This document shows, piece by piece, positions 11,880-24,338 of a stretch of DNA of 60,025 nt. The stretch is taken from positions 124,001 through 184,025 of the forward strand of contig JAXLNO010000096.1 of assembly GCA_038087875.1 (NCBI GenBank), in the 5' to 3' direction. The position numbers were made by a program, and so were the translations under genes. Origin of the DNA: Malacoraja senta. Its lineage: Eukaryota. Numbering within the stretch: the stretch's first letter is position 1; each line of letters opens with the position of its first letter. The notes beneath the pieces are model-generated. The model made no database searches. It was given only the letters and a program-made list of their open reading frames with translations, and had not been told where the DNA came from.

Positions 11880-13125
11880 AAAGGTGGTTTCGGGTGGGCG
11901 AGGGTGGTTTCGGTTGGTTTTCGATGGTTTTGGGTGGGTGAGGCTGGTTTTGGGTGGTTTCGGGTGGGTGAGGGTGGTTTCGGGCGGGTGTGGGTGGGTA
12001 AGGATGGTTTCGGGTGGGTGAGGGTGGTTTCGCGTGGGTGTGGGTGGGCGAGGATGGTTTCAGGTGCTTTTGGGTGGGTGAGGGTGGTTTTGGGTGGGTG
12101 TGGGTGGTTTCGGGTGAGGGTGGTTTCGGGTGGGTGAGGGTGGTTTCGGATGGGTGTGGGTGGTTTCGGGTGAGGGTGGTTTCGGGTGGGTGAGGGTGGT
12201 TTCGGATGGGTGTGGGTGGTTTCGGGTGGGGGTGGTTTCCGGTGGGTGAGGGTGGTTTCGGGTGGGTGTGGGTGGTTTCGGTGAGGGTGGTTTCGGGTGG
12301 GTGAGGGTGGTTTTGGGTGGGTGTGGTTGGTTGAGGGTGGGTGAGGGTGGTTTCGGGTGGGTGAGGGTGGTTTCGGGTGGGTGTGGGTTGTTTCAGGTGG
12401 GTGTGGGTGGTTTCGGGTGGGTGTGGGTGGTTTCATAGAAACATAGACAATAGGTGCAGGAGTAGGCCATTCGGCCCTTCGAGCCTGCACCGCCATTCAA
12501 TATGATCATGGCTGATCATCCAACTCAGTATCCTGTACCTGACTTCTCTCCATACCCCCTGATCCCTTTAGCCACAAGAGCCACATCTAACTCCCTCTTA
12601 AATATAGCCAATGAACTGGCCTCAACTACCTTCTGTGGCAGAGAATTCCACAGATTCACCACTCTGTGTGAAAAAAAAATGTTTTTCTCATCTCGGTCCT
12701 AAAAGATTTCCCCCTTATCCTTAAACTGTGTGACCCCTTGTCCTGGACTTCCCCAAAATCGGGAACAATCTTCCTGCATCTAGCCTGTCCAACCACTTAA
12801 GAATTTTGTAAGTTTCTATAAGATCCCTCCTCAATCTTCTAAATTCTAGCGAGTACAAGCCAAGTCTATCCAGTCTTCATATGAAAGTCCTGACATCCCA
12901 GGAATCAGTGAACCATCTTTGTACTCCCTCTATGGCAAGAATGTCCTTCCTCAGATTTGGAGACCAAAACTGTACGCAATACTCCAGGTGTGGTCTCACC
13001 AAGACCCTGTACGGGTGGGTGAGGGTGGTTTTGGGCGGGTGAGGGTGGTTGTGAGTGGGTGAGGGTGGTTTTGGGTTGGTGTGAGTGGATGAGGGTGGTT
13101 TCGGGTGGGTGTGGGTGGGTGAGGG
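11880..13125. repeat. G/T-rich about 20-bp minisatellite (GGGTGGGTGAGGGTGGTTTC)n interrupted by a CR1 fragment
   Basis: Tandem units at 11880-12433 and 13011-13125. Confidence 0.9.
12434..13011 (-). mobile_element. CR1 LINE 3' fragment inserted in the minisatellite
   Basis: [18 protein letters not shown] on the minus strand and a CR1 3' tail. Confidence 0.9.
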
Positions 13126-13750
13126 TAAAAAAATCACAAACCGTACGTAAGTAAGTAAGTAAATTTTATTTATATAGCACGTTTAAATCAACTCGCGTTG
13201 AAACCAAAGTGCTTTAAATAAAAGAAATAATTAAGTTTCCGTACATCCATAGAAAAAATTTAAAATAACAAAAAATGACACAACACATTATAGAATTCAA
13301 CATGAACGCCCCCCCACAACAGAATCAAAATTTTCCACTGTCCACGGCATCAACAAGTTCAGTCCTCTTCCTCTGTGATCACCCGAATTACATTTTACTC
13401 AGATGCAAGCCAAGGAATGGCATAATTGTTAGCTGTTAATTGGACATAATCAACTTCAGCAAATTGACAATATCCTATTGAAGGACAGTGGGTGGTTAAG
13501 CTGTCAGGACATTTTATTATTTGCCAAAATATACATCTCAATAGCATAATGATAGAAAACGTTTCTACACATCACTCGTAAGTCTGGAGATTTCTTTAAT
13601 GATAAATTTAGCTTCAGAGGCGTTTTCTTTTTGCATGTACAAACCCACTTCAGAACCATGGGCAATTTTAAAATTTTACAGCCAGATTTATCACTTCTGA
13701 AACTTTTTAGATACCAAAGGAATCAAGAAAAAACACAAATAATGCCTTAC

Positions 13751-14102
13751 TGTTGATGAAATGCAGTGAGCAAAGGCGATAATTCCCAATATTTTCAATC
13801 TCGATATCTGCACGGCCAATGTTCGCCAAGCACTTTAGCTGTTGTTGTCCCTTCAGCTGTTGCTTCTCTTTACCTTCATTTCGCTTCACTTTTGGAATTC
13901 TGAAGTAGGATAGATGTCTCTCATGGTTACCCCGACTTCCACAATTATTTACAGCGCAAAAATTCACCATTTTGGCGTTTTTTAACAGGTAGGAAATACG
14001 CGTTTCGTGTATTAACAACATATACCGGAAGCTGCGATGTCCTCCAGAGCAGCTCCATGCATCATGCCCTTTGACCCGGTGACCTTGCGTGCAACCCCCC
14101 TA
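13751..14102 (-). mobile_element. THAP-domain exon plus terminal-repeat-like end; probable PIF/Harbinger-ISL2EU-type DNA transposon end
   Basis: MVNFCAVNNC...YFRIP...RLCSLHF (C2CH THAP) from ATG 13970 to donor A|GTAAGG at 13750. The terminus TAGGGGGGTTGCACGCAAGGTCACCGGGTCA lies about 130 bp upstream of the ATG. Confidence 0.65.
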
Positions 14103-14650
14103 TACACACACACACACACACACACTCAGACACACACGCACTCAGACACACACGCACTCACACACGCATGCACTCTCACGCACGCACGCACACACACAGA
14201 CACACACACACAGACTCTCACTCACACACACACAGACTCACTTACACAAACACAGACTCACTCACACAGACACACACACAGACACACACACACACAGACT
14301 CACACGCTCACACAGACTCACACACAGACTCACTCACACACACACAGTCACACACACACAGTCACACACACACACAGTCACACACACAGTCACACACACA
14401 CACATTCACTCACACACATTCACTCACACACACACACACAGTCACTCACACACACAGTCACTCACACACACAACCAATACTAAAATGCCAAGTAACTTCA
14501 GAACGTGGTAAACATAGTGTGGAAACCGAATGATTCAAACGTTTAAAGTCTCCAAATTTGCAAACACTTTACACCAATACATTGTCTGAAATCACACACA
14601 CAGACACACACACACACAGACACACACACACACAGACACACTCACAACCA
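14103..14650. repeat. Degenerate (CA)n microsatellites
   Basis: CA-rich tracts at 14103-14475 and 14593-14647. Confidence 0.9.
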
Positions 14651-14981
14651 ATACTAAAACATTAACAACTCTCTGATTTTTCATCGATGGGAAAAAGCCT
14701 CCGGTCCAGCTCAGCGGAGGGGGACTGTGAGCGAGGTGGCCAAAAATCACGGCCGTAAGTGGCGGCGTTCTTTCAGAAATCACGAAACAGAAAGTCAGAA
14801 AGTGGTCAAGATCTTAGTTTTAGTAATATAGAAGATGAATGTGATGATTTTGATAACTCGGGAAGTACATTCGTGAAAGTATGTAGAAATTATAAAGTAA
14901 AAAATTCAATTCCAAAAATTGCAACGTTGCACTTGTCAAAGTCCAAGCCTTCACTTTCCACTCTCTTCACAGTATTCATGT

Positions 14982-15041
14982 TTATGTTTTTACTGTTTCA
15001 GCATAGATGACAGACTCATCTTCCTTTGAAGAAACAAGGTT
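14982..15041 (-). CDS. CD4/LAG-3-like receptor, last coding exon (NLVSSKEDESVIYAETVKT*)
   Basis: Acceptor TTTCTTTCTCTTTCAG; phase 0 matches the previous exon; tyrosine motif VIYAET; TAA stop. Confidence 0.75.
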   Translation of the reverse strand, partial: NLVSSKEDESVIYAETVKT

Positions 15042-15173
15042 CTGAAAGAGAAAGAAATACCAATTGTATTTAAGACCGTTGCTGTTGTCGCTGTTTAGAT
15101 CAGTAAACAGATTACAGCTTTAATTCATACTTGTACGATCTGCGATTTCATCAACAAGAATCAACATACTTAC

Positions 15174-15217
15174 AGTGCCTGATGCTTGATTGGAGGACAG
15201 TGTATTATCGCTGCTGC
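15174..15217 (-). CDS. CD4/LAG-3-like receptor cytoplasmic exon 3 (GSSDNTLSSNQASGT)
   Basis: Acceptor TTATTACAG, donor GTAAGT, phase 1 to 0. Confidence 0.7.
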
Positions 15218-16621
15218 CTGTAATAAATGCAAACATCACAATTAAAAATGACACTGGTGGATTATGTTGAAAAAGGAAACGACAAATGGAATATAAAAGT
15301 CTAAAGCTTACTACATTTTGCTCTTCCTGACAGTAGATCAACAAGACATTGAATTCCAGAAAACCCATCTGTCATCTGTATGCTCATACCTCTGCATTTA
15401 CAGTGAGCTGCAGGAATGGTCAGCATGAACAAGACACCCGTATATTGTTATGGAAGGAATCGACTATAAATAAGAGAACTAGCACAGCAATTGACAGAGC
15501 AGCAGCCCGGGCAGGACATAAGCTATGAAGCTGCATCTGTGGCTGGGATAAGATAACATCAGAGAAGGGTCTCAAGATCCACCAAGGCAGGGAAAAGTGC
15601 CTGGGAGAGCTTGGTGAGGGGCCTCGCATTGACCATTACCTTCTAAGAGGTAGGCCAAATCAGTGGAGTGAAGCCCAGTGGCAGGTTCACCACCACAGTC
15701 CACAGGGTATCAGCACCCCAGGCGAAGCTCAACCAAGTACTGTCCCACCAACGGACACGAGTCCAGAGCCCAACCAGCCACAGTCAGCGGTAGAGAGGAA
15801 GATGGAAGGATAAAAGCAGAATGGAGCAGTCACTGGCTGTGGCTGAAGAGAAAAGATGCTGTCTGAGCTGCCACGCGACCATCTAGAGGCTAACCATAAG
15901 ACACACACCCAGCGCTGATCACCCTGCGGTGGGCCTGCCTTGACTGAGGGTGTCTTGTGATAAAAGGCCGAAACACCCAGTGATGTTGAGGTACACAACT
16001 GAAGATGTGTCTGATTGGTAGCAAAATCACCTCGTGGTCACCCCCAAGAATATCGGGTGTCAGTTGTGGTGAAGAAACTTAGGGATTGTACTATCCAGTC
16101 CTACTAATCAATATCAAAAATTTGTAATTCAAGGAAGTTTGTGCTGATCACTTCTAGCTCAGTCAGGAGTTGTGTAGAAGAATGTTCTTCAGATGGACAT
16201 AAATGGTGTCTTGGTTTCACTTCTCATCACCAACGACAATGCACAACAGTGTTGTAACAGCAGCCTGGATGTCACTGGTTGGATCTCTGGAGTGGCTATT
16301 GTACCCATTCAGAGTAGGCTAGGGGACCAGAACCCACTTAGAGTAGGTTAGGGGACCAGAACACACTCCCTGTAGTTTATGGGAGCAGAACACACTCAGA
16401 GAAGGTTGGGAAGGCTGAACCCACCCCGAGAAGGTTGGGCTCCTAACTGAGCCTCAGCTGATTGTCCCACTTCATGTCGACGGACAGAGCGAGGGACTTT
16501 ATCCCAGGAATGCCTGATGCTCTTGTAAAGTGGACAAAGACAGCAGGGTTTCAGACTGCTCAGTGCCAATAATCCTCACTGTGATAAAAGATTGAAACAT
16601 ATTTAAATAAAGTCAGTTTAC

Positions 16622-16678
16622 CACCAGATGCTTTTGGCTGGAAGGAGATGGATCCATAATGAATACCTTCCTCTGTAT
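16622..16678 (-). CDS. CD4/LAG-3-like receptor cytoplasmic exon 2 (DTEEGIHYGSISFQPKASG), ITIM-like
   Basis: Acceptor TTATTTCCACAG, donor GTAAAC, 57 nt phase 1-1; IxYxxI motif. Confidence 0.75.
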
Positions 16679-16761
16679 CTGTGGAAATAAGTTGGAAACA
16701 AAGAATTTATTTGTATTTCAAAAAGGATGATTTAAGTCAATGATACGAAACGTTGATCCTT

Positions 16762-17328
16762 CTGCAGTTGTACAGAGCCCTAGTGAGACCATACCTGGAG
16801 TGTTGTGTGCAGTTTTGGTTCCCTAATTTGAGGAAGGACATTCTTGCTATTGAGGGAGGGCAGCGTTAGTTTACATGGTTAATTCCCGGGATGCGGGACT
16901 GTCACATGCTGAGAGAATGGCGCAGCTGGGCTTGTACACTCTGGGGTTTAGCAGATTATATAAGATTATTAAGGGTCTGGACACGCTAGAGGCAGGAAAC
17001 ATGTTCCCGATGTTGGGGGAGACCAGAACCAGGGCCACAGTTTAAGAATAAGGAGTAAGCCATTTAGAACGGAGACGAGGAAACACTTTTTCTCACAGAG
17101 AGTTGTGAGTCTGTGGAATTCTCTGCCTCAGAGGGCGGTGGAGGCTGGTTCTCTAGATGCTTTCAAGAGAGAGCTAGATAGGGCTCTTAAAGATAGCAGA
17201 GTCGGGGGATGGGAGAAGGCAGGAACAGGGTACTGATTGGGGATGATCAGCCATGATCACATTGAATGGCGGTGCTTGCTCGAAGGGCCAAATGGCCTAC
17301 TTCTGCACCTATGGTCTATTGCCTATTG
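16762..17328 (+). mobile_element. CR1 LINE 3' fragment (intronic)
   Basis: LYRALVRP.LE.CVQFW-type coding sequence and CR1 tail. Confidence 0.88.
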
Positions 17329-18099
17329 ATCATCGCTTTCCCTCCACAGATGCTGCTCGACCCATAGAGTACCTCCAGCAGTTTGAAAAACCCCTCCATG
17401 AAAAGTCACATCTCCTAACCTCCTTGTTTTGACTTCTTCCTGGGATGGTGGAAATTACAAAGAGAATTTGAGTTAATTTGGCTTGTGGAGTTTAGAAGAA
17501 TGACAATGGTTCTCATGGAAACATAGAAACTTCCAACAGGTAGACCAGTCTGGATGGAGGAAGATGTTCCCTGTTGGGGGAGACCATGACCAGGGGTAAA
17601 GGTTGAAGACAAGAGACAATAAGGATGAAGATGAGGAGAACAAAGAATCGGTTACATTCTCTACCACACATTTGTCTGGAGCCAAATCATTCAGTACATT
17701 TTAGTAGTTGTTGAATTTATTGACAGATACACAACAATGGCGAGGTACAGGTACAATGAAAATGTTGCCTGCAGCAGCATCAGAGGCATTTTGAATAAGG
17801 CAACACAACACATAAATGAAGCATAAATTACAAAGACCACAGGTTAGTGGAAAAAAAGACTCCAAAACACAAACCAGAGACGTCATATGTGGACTAAGAT
17901 CAAGGAATATGGGGAGATATGATCAGCTGAGGTACAGATACAAGAAATTGATATTTTTCTCATTAAAACATGAGCAATGTGTGATTTATTGAAAGGTTCC
18001 TTCAGATTTTTCAAGAAAGATTTCTCTGTTGTTCATCAGATTCATCAGAAATGTGGTCTAAATTCTGGCAAAAACAATACTGTCCACCATTTGACCACC

Positions 18100-18857
18100 A
18101 GGGTGATGGCAGCCCTGCCGGCAGTCTGTTCCTTTTTTCATCTTTTTGTTATTTTAGTGTTTGTTAAAAGTTTGATTTAATGTACTTCAGTTTGTTTTAT
18201 GTGGGGGGGGGGGGGAGGGGGGTCGGGGGAAACTTTTTTTCAGTTTCTCACCTTCCCAGAGATGTGATCATTTTTCGGATCACATTCTTCGGGCTCTGCC
18301 GCCTACCATCGATGGAGCTGGAAGCCGCCCCGGACTGCCGTGAGCCCCACCGCGGGGCGCGGACTTAACACCAGAGCGGATCCCTTGCCTGGGATCGCTC
18401 CCACCGCGGCCTGCGGACTTACCATCAATGGCTCGCAGTCTCAGGAGAGGCTTAGTCGGGAGCTCCAACGCTGCAGAACGGGAGCTCCAACGCTGCAGAA
18501 GGTTCAACCAGCCCCGACACGAGGTTTGAACGCCCGGCGCGGGGGAGCTGACATCCCCCCGATACGGGAACTGAACGCCTCGACGCGGAGGGCCCGAACA
18601 TCGCCGGCTACGGGAGTCAAGATCATCCCGTCCACGGGGGCTCGAGGCCCCCAACCGAGGAAGAACAGAACTGAAGGACTTGAACTTTATTTCGCCTTCC
18701 ATCACAGTGAGGAATGTGTAGGAGTCACTGTGGTGGATGTTCATGTTAAAATGTGTTTTTGAGTCTGTTGCTTTTTAATTTTATGACTGACCTGGCCAGT
18801 GAAATTCCTCGTATGTTGCAAAACATACTTGGCGAATAAAATCTGATTCTGATTCTG
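18100..18857 (+). mobile_element. GC-rich non-autonomous retroelement (SINE-like) with (ATTCTG)n tail
   Basis: CpG-rich body with internal short repeats, AATAAA then TCTGATTCTGATTCTG. Confidence 0.5.
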
Positions 18858-18865
18858 TCTAAGGT

Positions 18866-19030
18866 GGAAACAAAGAACTGCAGATGCTGGTTAATACACA
18901 AAGGGACACAAAGTGCTGGAGTACCTCTGCAGGTCAGGCAGCATCTCTGGAGGACATGTATAGGTGATGTTTCGGGTCGTGACCCTTCTTCAGACTCAAA
19001 AGAAGGGTCTCGATCCGAAACATCACCTCT
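18866..19030. mobile_element. Penelope-derived palindromic repeat carrying a minimal hammerhead-ribozyme core (related copies at 20560-20750, 35850-36050, 38690-38870)
   Basis: Minus strand 18969-18993 reads CTGAAGA-A-GGGTC-AC-GACCC-GAAAC. Confidence 0.65.
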
Positions 19031-19531
19031 CCACCATTTATTAATGATGCTCAAACCATTCTGTAATGTTGTTGTTATTTTCACTTTAGAATAAAATCTG
19101 AACTAGTGGCAAAGTGAATTGGAGGCATTTAATGCTAGATGATATTTTGTGAAAGGGATGGTGACTTTTGAAAGGGCAAGTGTTGTCCATTCTTTAGAGA
19201 GCAGCTAACCAAGCTGTTAATCAGGATCAACAATAAATTAGGAGTGAATATGTTGTTCATGGTGATGTCTCAACATTCATGGGTTGACCATGATAGTCCA
19301 GTGAAAATTAGTCAATTGACCAATGCAGAGTAAGACCTGCAGTTGGATGAGGACGATTGGGGCTGAGGGGTGAATTGACACAAGAGAGACTGTTGAATTG
19401 ATCAATTAGTTTGTGTGCTTGAGGTTCCCTTCCTCACATTCTTGTTTCAAAACTGTGAAATGTGAAATATGTTGCTTCATCAAATACAACACTCTACAAC
19501 TAGAGATTCATTGACTGAGTCATCTATTTAC

Positions 19532-19609
19532 CTTCTTGCTTTGTCTTCCTACTCACAGACATATATTCAGTAACACGGCTCATCTCAGGTACTGGTGTCA
19601 CATTAATTT
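19532..19609 (-). CDS. CD4/LAG-3-like receptor cytoplasmic exon 1 (EINVTPVPEMSRVTEYMSVSRKTKQE), ITSM
   Basis: Acceptor TTATTTTCCAG, donor AAG|GTAAAT, 78 nt phase 1-1; TxYxxV motif. Confidence 0.75.
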
Positions 19610-20311
19610 CTGGAAAATAAGTATTATTTTCTGATTAAGACTTTAATCCGGCTTGATTTTAAAGAAGCAGCAATCCAGTGTTTAAACTGTACCCCATTAA
19701 TAATGAGATCCACCAGAATGACCAGGAACATGGCTTCAGATGTATGTCAGAGACATTTAATGGTGGGATAAGACCATGTGTATAAATTCAGAGTTCATGG
19801 AAACACAGTGTTCCCCAAATTATGACCATATTAGGATGGTACACTTTAAGTTTGAACCACCAAAGTGCAGTGGAGATACCTTGGTCTCCTGGTTTCCTGG
19901 CCAATATTCATCCCTCAGTAAATAGGAACATATTGAGGGCAAATTGGAGACCATATTTTCTACATGATTACACTAGCTATACTTCAACTTCTGGCATGTT
20001 TATTTGATAATGGTTTACACAGGGGATGGTGACACAATCATCACGTGGTCAGATCATTGCAGAACAGCACCTGAAATCATACAGCAGACTCCTCATGGCA
20101 ACGCAGGTGGACAGGTAGACAATCCACATTGGATAAATAATGCTTTAATTGACCACAAAAAGTCTGAAATCAATTTCTCAACAACATAAGCACAAACAGA
20201 TACTTTTCTTATCCAAAATATATTGTTCTTTGCTCCTTGTAACAAAGATAACTTTGTTATTGATAATTTGGGGAATCTGTGCTGCATTAAGGATGTCTTC
20301 ATGTACCTTAC

Positions 20312-20419
20312 CTGTAGGCTTGCGCTTTCTTTGACACCACACCACTGGCAGTATAATGACGATGAGAACAGCCAGACTCCCGATAATTCCAACAATAATG
20401 TATATTAAATCGTGATTCC
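20312..20419 (-). CDS. CD4/LAG-3-like receptor transmembrane exon (GNHDLIYIIVGIIGSLAVLIVIILPVVWCQRKRKPT)
   Basis: Hydrophobic run followed by basic RKRK; acceptor TTTTGACAG, donor GTAAGG, 108 nt phase 1-1. Confidence 0.9.
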
Positions 20420-21226
20420 CTGTCAAAATAATAAACACAGAGCACATTTGTAGAATAAATGGACATCATTCAAAAGCTCCCCCAAAGACCAGACATTAAC
20501 CACACTGACTAATTTAGATCAGAAGTCTTGAGTTTAACTTGTGATCCAGATTCACTGAGACACAAGGAACTGCAGATGAGAGTTTACCAATAAAAGACAC
20601 AAAGTATTGGAGAAACTCAGCAGGTTAGGCAGGTGACATTTCGGGTCGCAGCCCTTTAGCCTGAAGTAGGGTCAAGACCCAAAACCTAACCTATCCATGT
20701 TCTCCAGAGATTCCGCCTGACCCGTTGAGTTACTCCAGCACATTGTGTCTTTTTTTCCCAGATTAATTGACCTTACTCATAAAGATCAGAGAGCCACAAC
20801 TTGCCTCAGAAGCCATCAGAGACTGTAAACATTCACACAAGTTTCTATTTCTTGGTTACAATCAGCTGCCATTTCTCAGGCAGGAGATGGGATCTGATGG
20901 TTGGTTGATAAAGTAGCTGATTCAGCTGTGATACTTCCCACTGTACAGTGGACAAATGTCTATCGTAGTCTAAGCCTGGAACAATGGTTGAATGAGCACT
21001 GCTGACAACAGAGTGGATATTGCCCTCCAGCTTCAATCCTCTCTAACCAGGAGCACAAGAAATGTAAACGTTAGAAATACTCAGCTGTTTGAGCAGTATC
21101 CGTGGAAAGGGAAAGAAGTGAGTTCATGTTTTATGTTGAAAAAAACGTCAGATTCAAAGAAAGGATCTTTGACAATAGACAGTAGGTGCAGGAGTAGGCC
21201 ATTCAGCCCCTCGAGCCAGCACCTCC

Positions 21227-22260
21227 ATTTTTTTTTTGCCCTCAACATTTATTAACAACACAAAGTACACATACAAATAAGATATACAAATCACACAGCA
21301 GCTGTCAGCATCACATCAGATCATCCTAGAGTTCTGTCACAGAAGCATCACATTCACAGGCACCCAAGCAAGCTCATCATATTTAATCCTACTTAATATA
21401 TAGTCACCCGTTATGTTAAACCAGACACTTGTATGCCACTAGAAGAACTTATTTTGTCATTGATCGCCCCTATGTATGTACTTATACACAGTCACAATCA
21501 TGTCTGTACATATGGTTCCAATTACACGTATACAATACCAGTCGAACTCCTCCCCTCCACTGGGGCTATGGAGAAATCGTGTCCTTAATTAGTCTTGGCA
21601 GTTGTAGTAATACCGGTGTCCACATAATGTTGAATGCATCAGTCCTTAACTGGAGTTTAGCTGGTATACTTTCCATCAGATATACACTTTTCAGTCTTTC
21701 CATCCACTGTTGAACATTTGGTGGCTTTACATTTCTCCATGACACTGGAATCATCTTCTTTGCAATCAACAGCAACACCCCAAGCAAGTATGTGATTTGT
21801 GGTATCTATATTTTCTGGAGTCTCTCCTAGTATGAAGCATGCCGGCTCCAGACGTAGATCCACCCCCAAGATTAGCTTGATCTCCGCCTGAATGTCTCTC
21901 CAATATTGATACAATTTGGGACAATCCCCAAAAATATGTGTATGATCACCATTCTTCCCGCATTGTCTCCAGCATAAATCTGAGGTGTTGCTGTATCTTG
22001 CTAACATAAGAGGAGTCTTAAATACCCTCATTCTAGTTTTCCATTCAAACTCCCTCCAGGTGGGGCTGTTTGTTAACTTATGACCCAAAATACATGTCTT
22101 TTCCCACATTTCGTCAGTAATAATAATATTCATTTCCAATTCCCATTTCTGTTTCGTTTCTATAGTGTTTCCTTTTACATAATCTTGAAGTCCTTTATAT
22201 AAGTCCTGGTTCAACCAGATGACTGTTTGAGTACACAGCGGCATGCAGTAAAACATGACA
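21227..22260 (-). mobile_element. L1-clade LINE 3' fragment (ORF2 zinc knuckle, 3' UTR, poly(A))
   Basis: CWRQCG...DHTHIFGDCPKLYQYW; AATAAA and an A-tail at 21227-21237 on the minus strand. Confidence 0.85.
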
Positions 22261-22615
22261 TAGATAAGGTCGAATACTGACTGATCTACAGTCAGATCAG
22301 TAACAGAGGGAGGGATATGGGTGGAAGTGGAGCAATAACATAAAAGGAAAACTCTGCAATTGGAAGGGGTGGGAAATGAGTTGAAAGAGGAAGGGAAGTG
22401 AATAGGATAACTGGGTGGTGGGATAAATGCGTGCACAATGAAGGGGGGGGGAGAAGTGGGGTTCGGGAAGTTTTGAAATTTGAGAATTCGGTATTCATAA
22501 CAGAGTTAGACCACTCAAACTGGAAGAAAATATTCCACTCAAATTTCAGGATCAATAAGCGACATCAAAACTCAATCATGACTCTAAGTATGAAGAACAA
22601 ACCCTTATCACTTAC

Positions 22616-22876
22616 CATGGGGCTCCTGATAGTACGGGACAAAAAGCCGGGGCAGGTCTTGATGAAACAAACCACATTTCCAGTTCCCTCTGCCTCTCTC
22701 AGCTTTCTGAATAACCAGACTCTGTGATTTCTCTTTCCCGGTCAGTGTCTTTTCTCCAACACTTTTGCCATCGCCATTGATCCAAACCAGTCTCATTGAC
22801 CCAGTGACGTGAGACACAGAGCAGGTCAGGGTAACGTTGTCTCCCTCAGTCACTGCATCAGACGGTTCAGCTGTGA
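22616..22876 (-). CDS. CD4/LAG-3-like receptor Ig domain 4 (C2-type, WxC)
   Basis: VTAEPSDAVTEGDNVTLTC...LVW...SLVI...GNWKC; acceptor TTTCCACAG, donor GTAAGT, 261 nt phase 1-1. Confidence 0.92.
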
Positions 22877-22954
22877 CTGTGGAAACAAGCAGGTTGTCTA
22901 CATTTTAAACAATAAGTTCATCAGTAAACTCAGTGGCAACATTCTGTCTCCTAC

Positions 22955-23296
22955 CTTTCACTGTGATTAGATCAATGGTGGGAAATGGATTTGGTTCCAG
23001 ATAACATGCGTAAATTCCGGCATCTTGAAACAAAACGGGGACAATCCTCACACTGAAATCCTTGCCATCGAAGGGTTTCCCTGAGGTCAACAGTCGATTC
23101 CCGAAGTCGGTCCCTTTGACATTGGTGGGCTGAGAACGTTTTGCAGATGCTATTTCTTTCTGCTGTTGAAGGCCATGAGGTGTCCATAACCACTGAGCAA
23201 GGGAATAGCTACGACCATAACTCCCAGAACAAACCAGGTGAAGTTCACTGTGATCTGTGCTGGAGCGGTAAAGTGTGTATCTCCCATTATATAAAT
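22955..23296 (-). CDS. CD4/LAG-3-like receptor Ig domain 3 (V-type)
   Basis: Open 342-nt phase 1-1 exon: LYNGRYTLYR...LHLVC...AQWLW...FGNRL...FDGKDFSVRI...FQDAGIYAC...TIDLITVK; canonical AG/GT. Confidence 0.92.
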
Positions 23297-24338
23297 CTGT
23301 ATCAGAGAGACAGAGGATAACTCCTTTCAGTATTACAGTTACCGTGCCATACAGAGATTCTCAACCGTATTCTTATAAACATTCCTGGTGTTTTGTTCAG
23401 CTGATCAAGTTTCAAATGTAACATCTTTCATGAATGCCGCACTAAACTCATCAGATCTTTATAAAATACAATGTCCTGTAGGCAGTAAATTGCAGTGAAG
23501 TTTGGATATTCCACTCTACATTTCAACATTAGGTTCGCCCCCACACCCGGACAGTCCGGGAATCTCCCGGGATGGAATGAAACCTCCCGGAGACTCCCGA
23601 GAGCGGTCTTGGAGGTGAATGTCTCTGTCAGTCTGTCTGCAGGAGGTGGTGCAGGTTCAGGCTGCGGACAGAAGCAGCCCAGAGGATGCCTGCGTGGGGA
23701 CTGACCCGGACAGGTTGGCACTTCAAGTGGGTCGGGTCTTCCCGTCCCTTCATTCCCATTATTCCCACCATCCCTCTCCCATTCACACCCATTGATTCCC
23801 TGTCCTTCCCTGTTCCCGGGTCCTGCTCCCAGCTGAATGCTGATCCGAAGCCCGAGTCTGCAGCAGCTGGAATCACTTCAAGCAACACCAGACTTGGAGA
23901 GAAGGGTCAGTGAGGGGAGAGGGGATGGATTGTTGTTCAGTGCTGATGTGAGGGCCGGGACCCCCAGTGTGAGTGTGAGCAGCAAGTGCTGGTGGTTGTC
24001 ATGGTAACTACACTTTCTATCTGACACTTTGACGTGAGTCCTGTATCAGTATCTCACTCAGATACTGGAGCATTGATGGCAAGCTAAACTGACAAAATAA
24101 TTTACTGAACAATGGTTACAGAAAGACATCCTCCTCCTGTGCTGTGTGTCTGTCACACAGAGACAAGCAGGCAGCTGCTCCACAGAGAGACTTTCTGTAA
24201 ACTTCTCCCTGATCATTGCAGCATTTTATACTGGAGAGCAGTTGGTCACTGCCACAGTTCTTCACAGGGCGCACACATAATTTTACAAGAAGCACCGTGA
24301 TACAAGTGGCCACTTGATATCCAATGGGAGGTGTTTAC

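Noticed and set aside
11831..12496. Long Pro/His/Thr-rich ORFs
   Set aside because: Translation artefact of the G/T minisatellite.
14037..14533. His/Thr-rich ORFs in three frames
   Set aside because: (CA)n microsatellite.
17420..17439. Possible 20-nt cytoplasmic mini-exon (CCCAG|GAAGAAG...GAG|GTTAGG, minus)
   Set aside because: Not a multiple of 3; it would shift the IHYGSI exon out of frame in the main model.
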